From a bacterium (GTDB lineage: Bacteria > Electryoneota > JAOADG01): a stretch of 64,000 nt of DNA. Below are positions 1 through 9,071 of this stretch, one piece after another. Location of the stretch: contig OY820579.1 of NCBI GenBank assembly GCA_963681965.1, forward strand, positions 1,440,001 to 1,504,000, written 5' to 3'. A program made the translations under genes and the position numbers. The notes beneath the pieces are model-generated. The model made no database searches and was not told the origin of the DNA. It saw only the letters and a program-made list of their open reading frames with translations. Numbering within the stretch: position 1 is the stretch's first letter; every line of letters starts with the position of its first letter.

Positions 1-294
1 TTGTATTTTGAAATACGTGTTAATTGGAGGCTCAGAGTACTTTTGAAGAAATTGGTTTATTTTAGTTGTATCGAAAGTTTTCAGTTGATCTGGACTTAAA
101 CCCTCCCAATTATAGGTCTTATTTTCATTTTCACTGACTCCAAAAACAATTATTCCACCGTTAGTGTTTGCCATTGCAAGAACATCTTTAACTAACTTAC
201 ATCGCTCTTCTTTGTTACTGTCATCCCAAGACATCGGTCCTTTGTAGTCGAATTCTTTTGTTTCATAACCATGCCGTATGTTAATTGTGTCCAT
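1..294 (-). CDS. AlbA_2/Schlafen-like domain protein (partial, runs off the window start)
   Basis: Manual translation MDTINIRHGYETKEFDYKGPMSW...LVKDVLAMANTNGGIIVFGVSE..., open to position 1. ExxxxDYK and A(M/F)ANxxGGxIxxGV are AlbA_2 motifs. GAGAGG RBS upstream. Not in the ORF track. Confidence 0.8.
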   Translation of the reverse strand, partial: MDTINIRHGYETKEFDYKGPMSWDDSNKEERCKLVKDVLAMANTNGGIIVFGVSENENKTYNWEGLSPDQLKTFDTTKINQFLQKYSEPPINTYFKIQ

Positions 295-477
295 TCTATC
301 CTCTCAAATTTTCGAATTATCAGTGAACATATAGAAACAAAATATAACAACAATAGATACAAATCAACGTTATTATGTAATTTGCTTCATTTTTCAGTCA
401 AGCAAAGTATTTCTTGCTAGCGTCATTACTCATATATAAATTGCTGATGGGTAAATTTCTGATAACAAAGGTCGCTA

Positions 478-735
478 ATGCAGAAAGAAAAACTGTTCAA
501 GCGGATTCTGAAACACCCAGTAAACGTGTCGTTTGCCGATTTCGTACTTATTGTGGAGGCTTTTGGGTTTCAGTTGTCACGCATTAGTGGAAGTCACCAT
601 ATTTTCAAACATGCAAGTATTCCTGAATTAATCAATATTCAGGATGTTGACGGGCAGGTGAAGCCCTATCAAGTAAGACAATTTCTTTCGTTAGTCGAGC
701 GTTATTCGCTGAAGATGCAACGGGAGGTACAATGA
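478..735 (+). CDS. hicA: HicA family toxin (mRNA interferase)
   Basis: 85 aa with GF..RISGSHHIFKH and KPYQVRQ motifs; ATGA overlap with the downstream hicB. Confidence 0.9.
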   Translation: MQKEKLFKRILKHPVNVSFADFVLIVEAFGFQLSRISGSHHIFKHASIPELINIQDVDGQVKPYQVRQFLSLVERYSLKMQREVQ

Positions 736-953
736 CCGATTACCACATTAACATCTTCTATAGTCAAGAAGATGAAGGGTATGTTGCCGATATTCCCGAT
801 TTGCGATTCTGCTCGGCATTCGGTCATACACCTGAAGAAGCATTACAACAGATTTTGATTGCGAAAACCGCGTGGCTGGAAGCCGCGAAAGCGGAAAATC
901 GACCCATCCCGCGCCCCAGTTATCGCCCGGCGATTTATCAGACGGCGATCTGA
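732..953 (+). CDS. hicB: HicB family antitoxin (short form, no DNA-binding domain)
   Basis: YVADIPDLRFCSAFGHTPEEAL...PIPRP is the HicB N-terminal domain. Confidence 0.9.
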   Translation: MTDYHINIFYSQEDEGYVADIPDLRFCSAFGHTPEEALQQILIAKTAWLEAAKAENRPIPRPSYRPAIYQTAI

Positions 954-962
954 CCCGAATAT

Positions 963-3545
963 TCAATAAAAACAACACTGGCGCAAACCATCGGTCTGCG
1001 CCAGTAAATTGTAATGAATGTAATGATGACTATTTGGCGGGTTCGTATTGATGCCGCCACGCTTCGAGAACAGGATCGCCCCTGTCAACACTGCCAGCGC
1101 GAATGCCACAACCACCCACTTCATCGGGCTGTCCTGCATCATCACACAAGTCGGTGCAACCAGAATTGCGACTAAGTTCATCACCTTGATCATCGGGTTC
1201 AATGCCGGACCAGCCGTATCCTTTAACGGATCGCCTACCGTATCGCCAATGACGCCAGCTTTGTGTGCTTCGGAACCTTTGCCGCCGAGGAAACCGTCTT
1301 CGATTTTCTTCTTGGCATTGTCCCACGCACCACCGGTATTCGACATGAACACCGCCATCAACTGACCGACCAAAATCGCACCAGCTAAGAAACCACCGAG
1401 TGAATAAGCGCCCAACCAGAAACCGACGAAAATCGGAGCAAACACTGCCAGCAAGCCCGGTCCAAGCAACTCTTTCTGAGCGGCTGCAGTGGAAATTTCC
1501 ACGCATCGCGCATAATTCGGCTTACCGTAATCGCCGACACCGGTATATTCCCAGATGCCCGGAATCGTCTTGAATTGGTGCCGCACTTCTTCTACCAACT
1601 GCACTGCTGCACGCGAAACGGCGCGAATGGCGAAGCTTGAGAACAGGAACGGAACGGCACCACCGATCAACAAGCCGATGAATACATCGGGCAGGTTGAC
1701 TTGAATGTTCTTCACCAAAATCGAGGGGTCTTTCACAGCGACGGTATCAAGGAACGAACGATACAACGCCACTGCCGCAATCACTGCTGTAGCGATGGCA
1801 AATCCCTTGGTGAGTGCTTTCGTGGTGTTACCAACCATATCCAATCGCGCGACGATGTTGTGTGCTGCCTTGTTTTCCGAACCGTCGGCATTCTTCAATG
1901 CGCCCGACATTTCGAAAATACCGTTCGCATTGTCCGAAATCGGTCCGTACGTATCCATCGCCAACACATAACCGGTCGTCGCCAACAAGCCGAGACCTGC
2001 CAATGCGACTGCGTAGGAAGCAAACGCCGGATCCGGGAACAAGATGAATGCGGCATAAATCGTACCGGCAATAGCGAGGATACCCCACACCGCCGATTCG
2101 AGACCTTCCGACAGACCTGCCAGAATTAATGTCGCGGCGCCGGTCTTAGCCGAAGAGGCAATTTCCGTTACCGGTTTCTTGTCGTCGGCAGTAAAGTATT
2201 CGGTAATTTTTCCAATAATCTGCGTCAGTACGATACCGAAGAATGTTGCCGCAAAAGCCAGGATCGAGAAATTATTGATCACTTCTGCAAGCTTCGGATC
2301 GGCACCAGCCGGAATTGCCGGTAGATTGCCGAACACCCAACTCGAGACCCCGAAAAAGCCGATTGTCGCAATAATCGAAGAGACATAGAAGCCGAAGTTA
2401 ATCGGTTTCATCGGATTCATCTTCGGATCGTCTTTACCGCGAACTGCCATCACACCGATAATCGATGCAAAGACACCGACGGCGCGGACGAGCAATGCGT
2501 AAATCACCAGTTTCAGTGTGAAGACGGAGGTAAACGATCCAACGCCAAGTACCGGACCGAAACCAGCATTTGCCAGTGTCTTGCCGACTGCCGCCGCGAG
2601 AATGATCGCAGCTACCAACGTTACTTCGTACGATTCGAATACGTCCGCTGCCATACCGGCACAGTCGCCAACGTTATCGCCGACGTTATCGGCAATGGTC
2701 GCTGCGTTGCGCGGATCGTCTTCGGGAATGCCAGCTTCCACTTTACCGACCAGGTCGGCACCAACGTCGGCTGCTTTCGTGAAAATACCGCCGCCAACGC
2801 GCATAAACAGCGCTGCGAGCGATCCACCGAACCCGAACCCGACCAACACGAACATTGCATTCTCTTGGAATACCATGAACGTAATTGTAGCACCCAACAG
2901 ACCGAGACCGACGGTAAACATACCCGATACGGCGCCGGCTTGGAATGCGGTTTCCAATGCGACTTTGAAGCTTGATAGTGCCGCATTCGCAACGCGCACA
3001 TTACCGCGCACTGCCACACCCATCCCGACATAACCGGCAAGATAGGACGCAGTCACACCGAGTAAAAAGGCGACGGCAACACCGAGAGCCAATTCATTCG
3101 ATTCATATTGATTCTGATACAGGAAAAAGAGCCCAATCCCCATAACAATCACTAGCGGTGCCATCGTCTTTACCTGACGTGCCAGATATGCCATCGCCCC
3201 TTCTTGGACGGCTTTGGCAACACCCTGCATCCGCTCGCTTCCGGGATTCTGCTTGATTGTCTTTTTCCACCAAAATACTCCAAATGCCAACGCCACTAGA
3301 GCTGAACCTAAAACGATGAACAAAGGCGCCCAGGCATCTTCGCCGAAGGGGAGCTGAATTGCTTCGCCACCATGTGCTTCGGGTTGTGCCGCTACCACCG
3401 CAGGTGGTTGTCCCGGCGTTTGCGCGAACAATTTCGGTCCCGCGAATAAGAAACCCAGCAGAGCAAGCGCAATTCCCGCGATGAACCATGTTTTCAAGGA
3501 TTGAAATCCCGTTTTACGGTGGTTAGGATTCCGGTTCGAAGTCAT
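963..3545 (-). CDS. hppA: Membrane-bound proton-translocating pyrophosphatase, K+-independent type
   Basis: Signature motifs GGGIFTKAADVGADLVGKVEAGIPEDDPRN, DNVGDNVGD and GDTVGDPLKDTAGP. GNTTKA (Lys) marks the K+-independent subfamily. Probable start is MTSNR (3545); the ORF track starts at 3617. Confidence 0.95.
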   Translation of the reverse strand: MTSNRNPNHRKTGFQSLKTWFIAGIALALLGFLFAGPKLFAQTPGQPPAVVAAQPEAHGGEAIQLPFGEDAWAPLFIVLGSALVALAFGVFWWKKTIKQNPGSERMQGVAKAVQEGAMAYLARQVKTMAPLVIVMGIGLFFLYQNQYESNELALGVAVAFLLGVTASYLAGYVGMGVAVRGNVRVANAALSSFKVALETAFQAGAVSGMFTVGLGLLGATITFMVFQENAMFVLVGFGFGGSLAALFMRVGGGIFTKAADVGADLVGKVEAGIPEDDPRNAATIADNVGDNVGDCAGMAADVFESYEVTLVAAIILAAAVGKTLANAGFGPVLGVGSFTSVFTLKLVIYALLVRAVGVFASIIGVMAVRGKDDPKMNPMKPINFGFYVSSIIATIGFFGVSSWVFGNLPAIPAGADPKLAEVINNFSILAFAATFFGIVLTQIIGKITEYFTADDKKPVTEIASSAKTGAATLILAGLSEGLESAVWGILAIAGTIYAAFILFPDPAFASYAVALAGLGLLATTGYVLAMDTYGPISDNANGIFEMSGALKNADGSENKAAHNIVARLDMVGNTTKALTKGFAIATAVIAAVALYRSFLDTVAVKDPSILVKNIQVNLPDVFIGLLIGGAVPFLFSSFAIRAVSRAAVQLVEEVRHQFKTIPGIWEYTGVGDYGKPNYARCVEISTAAAQKELLGPGLLAVFAPIFVGFWLGAYSLGGFLAGAILVGQLMAVFMSNTGGAWDNAKKKIEDGFLGGKGSEAHKAGVIGDTVGDPLKDTAGPALNPMIKVMNLVAILVAPTCVMMQDSPMKWVVVAFALAVLTGAILFSKRGGINTNPPNSHHYIHYNLLAQTDGLRQCCFY
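977..1005. terminator. Hairpin between convergent hicB and hppA
   Basis: ACTGGCGCA-AACCATCGGTC-TGCGCCAGT inverted repeat with A-rich flanks (U-rich on the minus strand). Confidence 0.55.
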
Positions 3546-3901
3546 AAGGTTGTTGTTCCTCCATAATGTTAAGAATGTTGTCGATAGTAGCGAATTTCGC
3601 GTAATAATGCAAATCAAACGTTAACAATAACAGAGTTTAGGCGATTCTCCCACGATACAATACCCATAATATACTCGGTTATTTTACATATTTCTTGATA
3701 CGAGTAACGATCTCATCATGTTGAACACGATTCTCGTATACTCCCAGAGAGTTCGACAAACTACTTCGATTTTGCTAGATAAATATTATTTTCACAATAT
3801 GAATGAATTCCGCGAATCGCGATCAAAATGACTAGACGATTATGTCGATGGAAATCGATAATTTCATGATACCGTAATTGCAATAGAACTTCAACCGTAT
3901 A

Positions 3902-5005
3902 TTGAGTATTGAAAAAATATCTTGGAGACGAATGATCGCAGGATTGGGACTTCGGCAATTTTTAGGGATCGCGCAGACTTCGCTAGCGCGACCATCCCGC
4001 TATGGTCAATTGCTGTCGCAATTCTGGAAGCGCTCGCACCAGCCTACTACCGACGCTGCCCCTATTCCCAGTTCGGCGATGATCGAACCGATCGCGCGCT
4101 GCAACCTGAAATGTCCCGAGTGTCCAGTCGGACGTGGGGAGTTGGGACGGACTGGCGAGCTGTCTGCGGAAGCATTCGCGGAAATCTGGAAAATGCTCCG
4201 CGGAAAAATTGCCCACGTACTGCTATTCAATCAGGGTGAACCGCTGATGGTGCGGCATTTCGATCAAATCGCGAAAATCTGTGCCAGTACCGATAGCTAT
4301 TCGGTGACCTCGACGAATGCGACGCTGCTCAGTCGCGAAAATTGGTCGGAGCGGCTAGTAGCATCCGGTTTGAGTGAATTGATTCTCTCGATCGACGGGA
4401 TAACGCAGGAGTCTTTTGAACAATACCGGGTGGGGGGGCGACTCGATAAAGTAATTGTGGGAGTCAAAGCGCTACGTGCCGCCCGCGACCGTGCAAAATC
4501 TCATACCCCGATTCTGACGATGCAGATGTTGCTGTCGAAAACGAATGAGGCGGAATGGCGGGATGCACCGGACTTTGCACAGAAAATCGGTTGCGACGGG
4601 ATGGTATTCAAGACGATGCAGATTGATCGGTTGGATAATCCAGCGGTGCAAAAAATCTTCCTACCGACCGATCCGAAATTCTGGCGGTATCGCGAGAGTG
4701 CCGATGGCAAGCTGGTGCTGCGACGCGAGTGGGCAGGATGCCGACGACTTTGGTGGCATCCGGTGATACATGCCGATGGGGCGCTCGTGCCATGCTGCTT
4801 TGATAAATCGTCGGAACATGCTTACGGCAATGTGTTGGAATCCGGGTTCGACGAAGTCTGGAATGGTAGCGCGGCGAAAATGTTCCGAAGGCGATTCATC
4901 GACAGCAAGCAACCACCTTTGCCGATTTGCCACAACTGTACCGAAGGGGTCTGGCGGGTGGAACTGCTCCCCTCCGAAATGAAGAAAATTCATGATCGTA
5001 CTTAG
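3902..5005 (+). CDS. Radical SAM protein with SPASM/twitch domain
   Basis: CNLKCPEC (CxxxCxxC), GEPL, and C-terminal C...GALVPCCFD...CHNC. Confidence 0.9.
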   Translation: MSIEKISWRRMIAGLGLRQFLGIAQTSLARPSRYGQLLSQFWKRSHQPTTDAAPIPSSAMIEPIARCNLKCPECPVGRGELGRTGELSAEAFAEIWKMLRGKIAHVLLFNQGEPLMVRHFDQIAKICASTDSYSVTSTNATLLSRENWSERLVASGLSELILSIDGITQESFEQYRVGGRLDKVIVGVKALRAARDRAKSHTPILTMQMLLSKTNEAEWRDAPDFAQKIGCDGMVFKTMQIDRLDNPAVQKIFLPTDPKFWRYRESADGKLVLRREWAGCRRLWWHPVIHADGALVPCCFDKSSEHAYGNVLESGFDEVWNGSAAKMFRRRFIDSKQPPLPICHNCTEGVWRVELLPSEMKKIHDRT

Positions 5006-5024
5006 TTCTTGGTGCTTAGTGCTT

Positions 5025-5274
5025 GGTGGCGCAAGCTTTTGAGCCTGCGAGTACATTATTTCAGTAGGTCGGAATTTCTTCCGACTACATTTTGTATCCG
5101 GTAGTAGGGGATGGCTCGCGAGCCATCCCGTTTTTGTTTCTTGTATCCTGTTGTAGGGGGTATCCCTGCATGCCCCTGTTTCTGTATCCTGTATCTTGCC
5201 GTAGGGGCGTATGGCATACGCCCTGTGGGCGCGAATGCGCCCAGATGCGGGAGGGCGTGGGAGCCCGCCCCTAC
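5025..5274. repeat. Cluster of REP-like (mostly GTAG-family) palindromes
   Basis: GGTGGCGCAAGCTTTTGAGCCTGCGA (5025), GTAGGTCGGAATTTCTTCCGAC (5064), GTAGGGGATGGCTCGCGAGCCATCCC (5104), GTAGGGGGTATCCCTGCATGCCCCT (5153), GTAGGGGCGTATGGCATACGCCCT (5201), TGGGCGCGAATGCGCCCA (5226), AGGGCGTGGGAGCCCGCCCCTAC (5252). The spacers repeat TGTATCC. Confidence 0.85.
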
Positions 5275-5287
5275 TTCACAATATGAA

Positions 5288-7954
5288 TTACTTCAACAAC
5301 ACCATCTTCTCCGTCTTCGAAAACATTCCCGCCTGCAACCGCACAAAATACGTTCCACTCGCCAACCGCGAACCATCGAGCAGCACGCGATACGATCCGG
5401 CACGCTGCTCACGCTGCACCAGCGTCGAGACTTCGCGACCGGTAAGATCGTAGAGACGAAGATCAACGTGAGAAGTGATTGGGAGAGTGTAAGATAGTGT
5501 GGTGGTGGAGTTGAAGGGGTTGGGATAATTCTGTACTAACGCGAAACCGGATGGTCGTATGAATCGTTCCGGTGTACTGGCTGACGAGTCGGGAACAAGT
5601 GTCAAACGCGCAATGAACCCATCAGTAACCCCGTTGAAACTCGTGTCACCGACCTCCGGTGTCGTTGGAAAGCCTGATCTGCAGAGACCAGTAAAAATAA
5701 TCCCATTAGAGTTGTGCTTTATACATGCATAAGCGACATCATTGCCATTTCCACCAAAATACGTGCTGTAAATTAATCGAGATGTATTGACTTTAAAATG
5801 AGTAACAAAACAGTTTCCTGTTCCGCTAAGGTGTTCTGAGTAAGCACCTAACGTTGTTGGAAAATTATCACTTCTCGTTCCTCCAACTAACGCAATGCTT
5901 GTATCTCTAAAAAATACCATATCCCAACCAGCATCAGAACCTGAGCCCCCGAAAAAAGTACTGTATAATAGATTGGATCCGGTACTATCTAAATAAGTAA
6001 TGAAAGCATCTCCAGATGTGGTTGATCCCCCGTTATAGACTGTATCAAACGCACCGACTGTAATAGGAAAATTGGGACTGGTAGTAGAACCAGTTACAAA
6101 ACAGTTTCCTCTTCCGTCCCCTTTAATCCCAATTGCCCACTCTTGATCGCTTGAACCACCGAGATAAGTACTGTACAGCAACTGCGAGCCGGTCGAATTC
6201 AAGCGTAGCACAAATGCATCCAAATCACCACCATTAAAAGTCGTATCGAACGCATTGGGGGTTGTTGGGAGTCCTGAATGACAATATCCAGTTGAGATAA
6301 TTCCACCCGATCCATCAGGTGTAATCGAATAACTATTTGTCATAGGACTTATAATTGTACTATACAATAAACCAGAGCCCGAGTCGTTGAGATGAATTAA
6401 TACACCACCAATTTCTGCCGAATCGAATACTCCCGGTGTGGTTGGAAAATTCAAACTATTAGTAATGCCTCCAATAAACACACTTCCGCTATCACCAGAC
6501 AGAATGGAATGTCCATCATCATAGCCATTACCACTGATATAGGTACTATAAACTAATCTCGAGCCAGAGCTATTTAATCGAGCTACAAAACAATCCCACT
6601 CTGAGCCATTGAATATTCTGTCAAATGAACCACTAGTGGTCGGAAACAGAGTATCGGCATACCCGGTGATCGTGCAATTACCCAAAGAATCGCAGACAAT
6701 ACTTTCCGCGCGATCGTCACCCGGTCCACCTAGAAAAGTACTGTAGATCAGTTGAGAAAAAGTACTGTCCACTCTTGTAATAAAACAGTCGCCGATACCG
6801 ACCGATGCACCATTGTAGCTAACATCGATAGCTCCAGTAGTGACTGGAAAATCGAAGCTGTTTGTGCAACCACAAACGATGACTCCCCCACTACCGTCAT
6901 CGACGATGCCATCGCCATAATCGTTTCCACCACCTCCCAAATACGTACTATACACCAGCGGATCGATTCGGAGCGTTTGCGATGCATCGTACCCATTTGG
7001 TAAATCGATCGCGAAGAGATTATCTGACACGAGTCTGAATTGTGCAGTGACAGCGTTTCCACGAGTGCCATTCGTGCTGGTTTGGTATGCCTCCGGAATT
7101 TTCATTCGGAGTTCGCCGAGGGAAGTGGGAAGCGAAAGTTCATTCGATAAGTGGAGGTCGGACACTCCTGTCCGACTCCCTTTTGTGACAGAAATATCTG
7201 AGTCGACGGACAAGAGTGTCCGTCCTCCGCCTGCGATTGGCGCTTCTAACCCCTCACACACTATCATGATTTGTTTCGGGTCGGCACCAGGATGAATCAC
7301 GAAATCGAATTCGAGATGTCCCTTGCTCTCATACCACTCAACATCGATACCCTCCCAGACATCATGATACACGATGCAAGTAAAGTTCCGGCAATCCGGT
7401 GCCCACTTCGTTGAATCATTCCCCAAGAAATAATTGTTGTGCCAGGATAGTTCGCCTTGAGCATTGATCCATTTTGCGCAAGTGTATTTTCGTAGGTCGG
7501 AATTTATTCCGACATCCTCTTGTGTCGTGCAATCGGTGATGAACTTGAATTTGAGCGCGTGCGATTTTATTGGGAAATTATCAGACACAAGAGGATCGCA
7601 GGCTCGGAGGCCTGCGCCACCAGACGGATCAAAAGATAGGTTGCCACGTCCACCGCTTTGCGGCGTCCTCGCAATGACAGCGGAAGAATCGATCACGGAG
7701 GTAACAAGGGTGACACCATCGCGCTCGAGGAACCAGGTAAAGCCATCGTGCCGCACTTCGCATTTGTAGAGGACTGCCGAGTCCCATTGTCCCTTATTCT
7801 CGGTGAACTGGAATGGATGCGGAAGGCGCGAGGATTGTACCGACACGGCGTATGTTCGTTGCGGGAGTAATGAAAGCAAAAGCGAGAGGACGAAGACGAG
7901 AGTCGTCACGAATGCGAGCATGTATTGTGGAAATCTGTGATGGCAGAAAGTCAT
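5288..7954 (-). CDS. Secreted SBBP-repeat beta-propeller protein with T9SS/Por-type C-terminal sorting domain
   Basis: Signal peptide, N-domain FTENKGQW, repeated LxYSTYLGG..D / G.T.S..FPTT units, and C-terminal NYPNPFN...YDLTGREV...LASGTYFVRL...KMVLLK. GGAGG RBS before MTFCH (7954). Confidence 0.88.
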   Translation of the reverse strand: MTFCHHRFPQYMLAFVTTLVFVLSLLLSLLPQRTYAVSVQSSRLPHPFQFTENKGQWDSAVLYKCEVRHDGFTWFLERDGVTLVTSVIDSSAVIARTPQSGGRGNLSFDPSGGAGLRACDPLVSDNFPIKSHALKFKFITDCTTQEDVGINSDLRKYTCAKWINAQGELSWHNNYFLGNDSTKWAPDCRNFTCIVYHDVWEGIDVEWYESKGHLEFDFVIHPGADPKQIMIVCEGLEAPIAGGGRTLLSVDSDISVTKGSRTGVSDLHLSNELSLPTSLGELRMKIPEAYQTSTNGTRGNAVTAQFRLVSDNLFAIDLPNGYDASQTLRIDPLVYSTYLGGGGNDYGDGIVDDGSGGVIVCGCTNSFDFPVTTGAIDVSYNGASVGIGDCFITRVDSTFSQLIYSTFLGGPGDDRAESIVCDSLGNCTITGYADTLFPTTSGSFDRIFNGSEWDCFVARLNSSGSRLVYSTYISGNGYDDGHSILSGDSGSVFIGGITNSLNFPTTPGVFDSAEIGGVLIHLNDSGSGLLYSTIISPMTNSYSITPDGSGGIISTGYCHSGLPTTPNAFDTTFNGGDLDAFVLRLNSTGSQLLYSTYLGGSSDQEWAIGIKGDGRGNCFVTGSTTSPNFPITVGAFDTVYNGGSTTSGDAFITYLDSTGSNLLYSTFFGGSGSDAGWDMVFFRDTSIALVGGTRSDNFPTTLGAYSEHLSGTGNCFVTHFKVNTSRLIYSTYFGGNGNDVAYACIKHNSNGIIFTGLCRSGFPTTPEVGDTSFNGVTDGFIARLTLVPDSSASTPERFIRPSGFALVQNYPNPFNSTTTLSYTLPITSHVDLRLYDLTGREVSTLVQREQRAGSYRVLLDGSRLASGTYFVRLQAGMFSKTEKMVLLK
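7151..7230. repeat. Intragenic inverted REP doublet (REPIN-like), in frame
   Basis: GTGGAGGTCGGACACTCCTGTCCGAC (7151-7176) and an inverted partner GACGGACAAGAGTGTCCGTCCTCCGC (7205-7230). Confidence 0.8.
7492..7513 (+). repeat. Intragenic GTAG-REP palindrome
   Basis: GTAGGTCGGAATTTATTCCGAC, 21/22 identical to the intergenic copy at 5064-5085. Confidence 0.85.
7596..7679. repeat. Two adjacent intragenic palindromic elements
   Basis: The reverse complement of 7596-7621 (GGTGGCGCAGGCCTCCGAGCCTGCGA) is 22/26 identical to 5025-5050. 7638-7679 (GGTTGCCACGTC...CCTCGCAATGAC) resembles the widespread TTGCCACG/CTCGCAATGAC palindromic repeat. Confidence 0.75.
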
Positions 7955-8095
7955 GGCGCCTCCGTTCAGACAGGTGGTATCAATAGTATAACAAGCATCA
8001 TGTCTGTTTACAAACAAAATGGAGTGTGATGAAAGAATTTATTTGGGTGATGGATTCGGTGATATGTATGTTCTTCAATTCATGACACAGGAGGT

Positions 8096-8118
8096 GGTCA
8101 GAACAAGTTCTGACCTAC
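8096..8118 (-). repeat. GTAG-REP palindrome
   Basis: Minus strand reads GTAGGTCAGAACTTGTTCTGACC. Confidence 0.75.
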
Positions 8119-8153
8119 GGGAACGAAGAATATCGCCAGAAAACAAATCGGAA

Positions 8154-9071
8154 TTATTGCGCCGGTGAGATTTTCGGTCTGCGACCGGGTAGTGGAATCT
8201 GCACAATGAAATTTGCGAGCAGAATCAACGTACCGCCTGCTAATTCAAAGTTCGTGAGATGTTCGCCAAACCACAACCAGGCGAAAAGCGCGGCAAACAC
8301 CGGTTCTCCGGTATAGATCAGCGACGCCGTTACCGCATTTGTGCGTGGTTGAAATTTATTCATCAATCCAAGCGCGAGCACCGAGCCGCCGATCGTTGTA
8401 TAAACGACCGCGACCCACAGCGCATTCGACCACTTGGTTGCAATCATCGCATCCCAATGAAATAGCCCGAGTAGCGGCAGACTCATTAGACCGGTGAATA
8501 GCGACGGGTAGAGAACCATCGCCATGAAATTGGTGTCGCGACCGACCCGACTCGTCCAGACTATCTGAAAGGCAAAAGCGAATGCGCACGCAATCGTAAG
8601 CAGATCGCCGACATTCCACTGCCCGCCGATATCGAGCCGCATCATCAGCGCCGACCCGAGTACCGCAATCGGAATTGAAACATAACTCGTTTTCGGGACA
8701 TGGTCGTGCGCGATCTTCATCGCAAACACCGGCACCCAGATCACATACAACGACGTGAGAAATCCCGATCGTGAGGCACTGGTGTACTGCAATCCGTAGG
8801 TCTGCAGGATAAATCCGAGACCGTACGAAATAATCAAACCCCAGCCGTGCTTGTCGAATTTATATTTGAACGAAAAACCGAATGCGAGCATGATGATAAT
8901 GATGACCGGAACGACGCAGAACATTCGCAACGCGATAAACAGCATTGCCGGTGCATCGTTGAGCGCAGCTTTGATCACCGGGAACGTCATGCCCCATAGT
9001 GCGACTGTGGTCAAGAGCCAAAGATTAGCGCGGCGCGCCTCAGCGTGGAGTTTCGGAGGAGTGGACTTCAA
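8154..9071 (-). CDS. DMT/EamA family transporter
   Basis: About 10 TM segments; LWGMTFPVIK, GLQYTSASRSGFLTSL and EPVFAALFAW. Confidence 0.9.
   Translation of the reverse strand: MKSTPPKLHAEARRANLWLLTTVALWGMTFPVIKAALNDAPAMLFIALRMFCVVPVIIIIMLAFGFSFKYKFDKHGWGLIISYGLGFILQTYGLQYTSASRSGFLTSLYVIWVPVFAMKIAHDHVPKTSYVSIPIAVLGSALMMRLDIGGQWNVGDLLTIACAFAFAFQIVWTSRVGRDTNFMAMVLYPSLFTGLMSLPLLGLFHWDAMIATKWSNALWVAVVYTTIGGSVLALGLMNKFQPRTNAVTASLIYTGEPVFAALFAWLWFGEHLTNFELAGGTLILLANFIVQIPLPGRRPKISPAQ

Noticed and set aside
3902-5005. RiPP cluster around the radical SAM/SPASM gene
   Set aside because: No convincing precursor peptide, PqqD/RRE domain, protease or transporter is adjacent.
5025-5274. CRISPR array
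   Set aside because: The units are non-identical hairpins with irregular short spacers and there are no cas genes; they fit REP elements better.
5092-5497. ORFs 5092-5286 and 5111-5497
   Set aside because: These are translations of the REP cluster or the antisense strand of the SBBP gene.
5288-7954. Diversity-generating retroelement target
   Set aside because: No reverse transcriptase and no TR/VR pair with adenine-specific mismatches were seen in the window.
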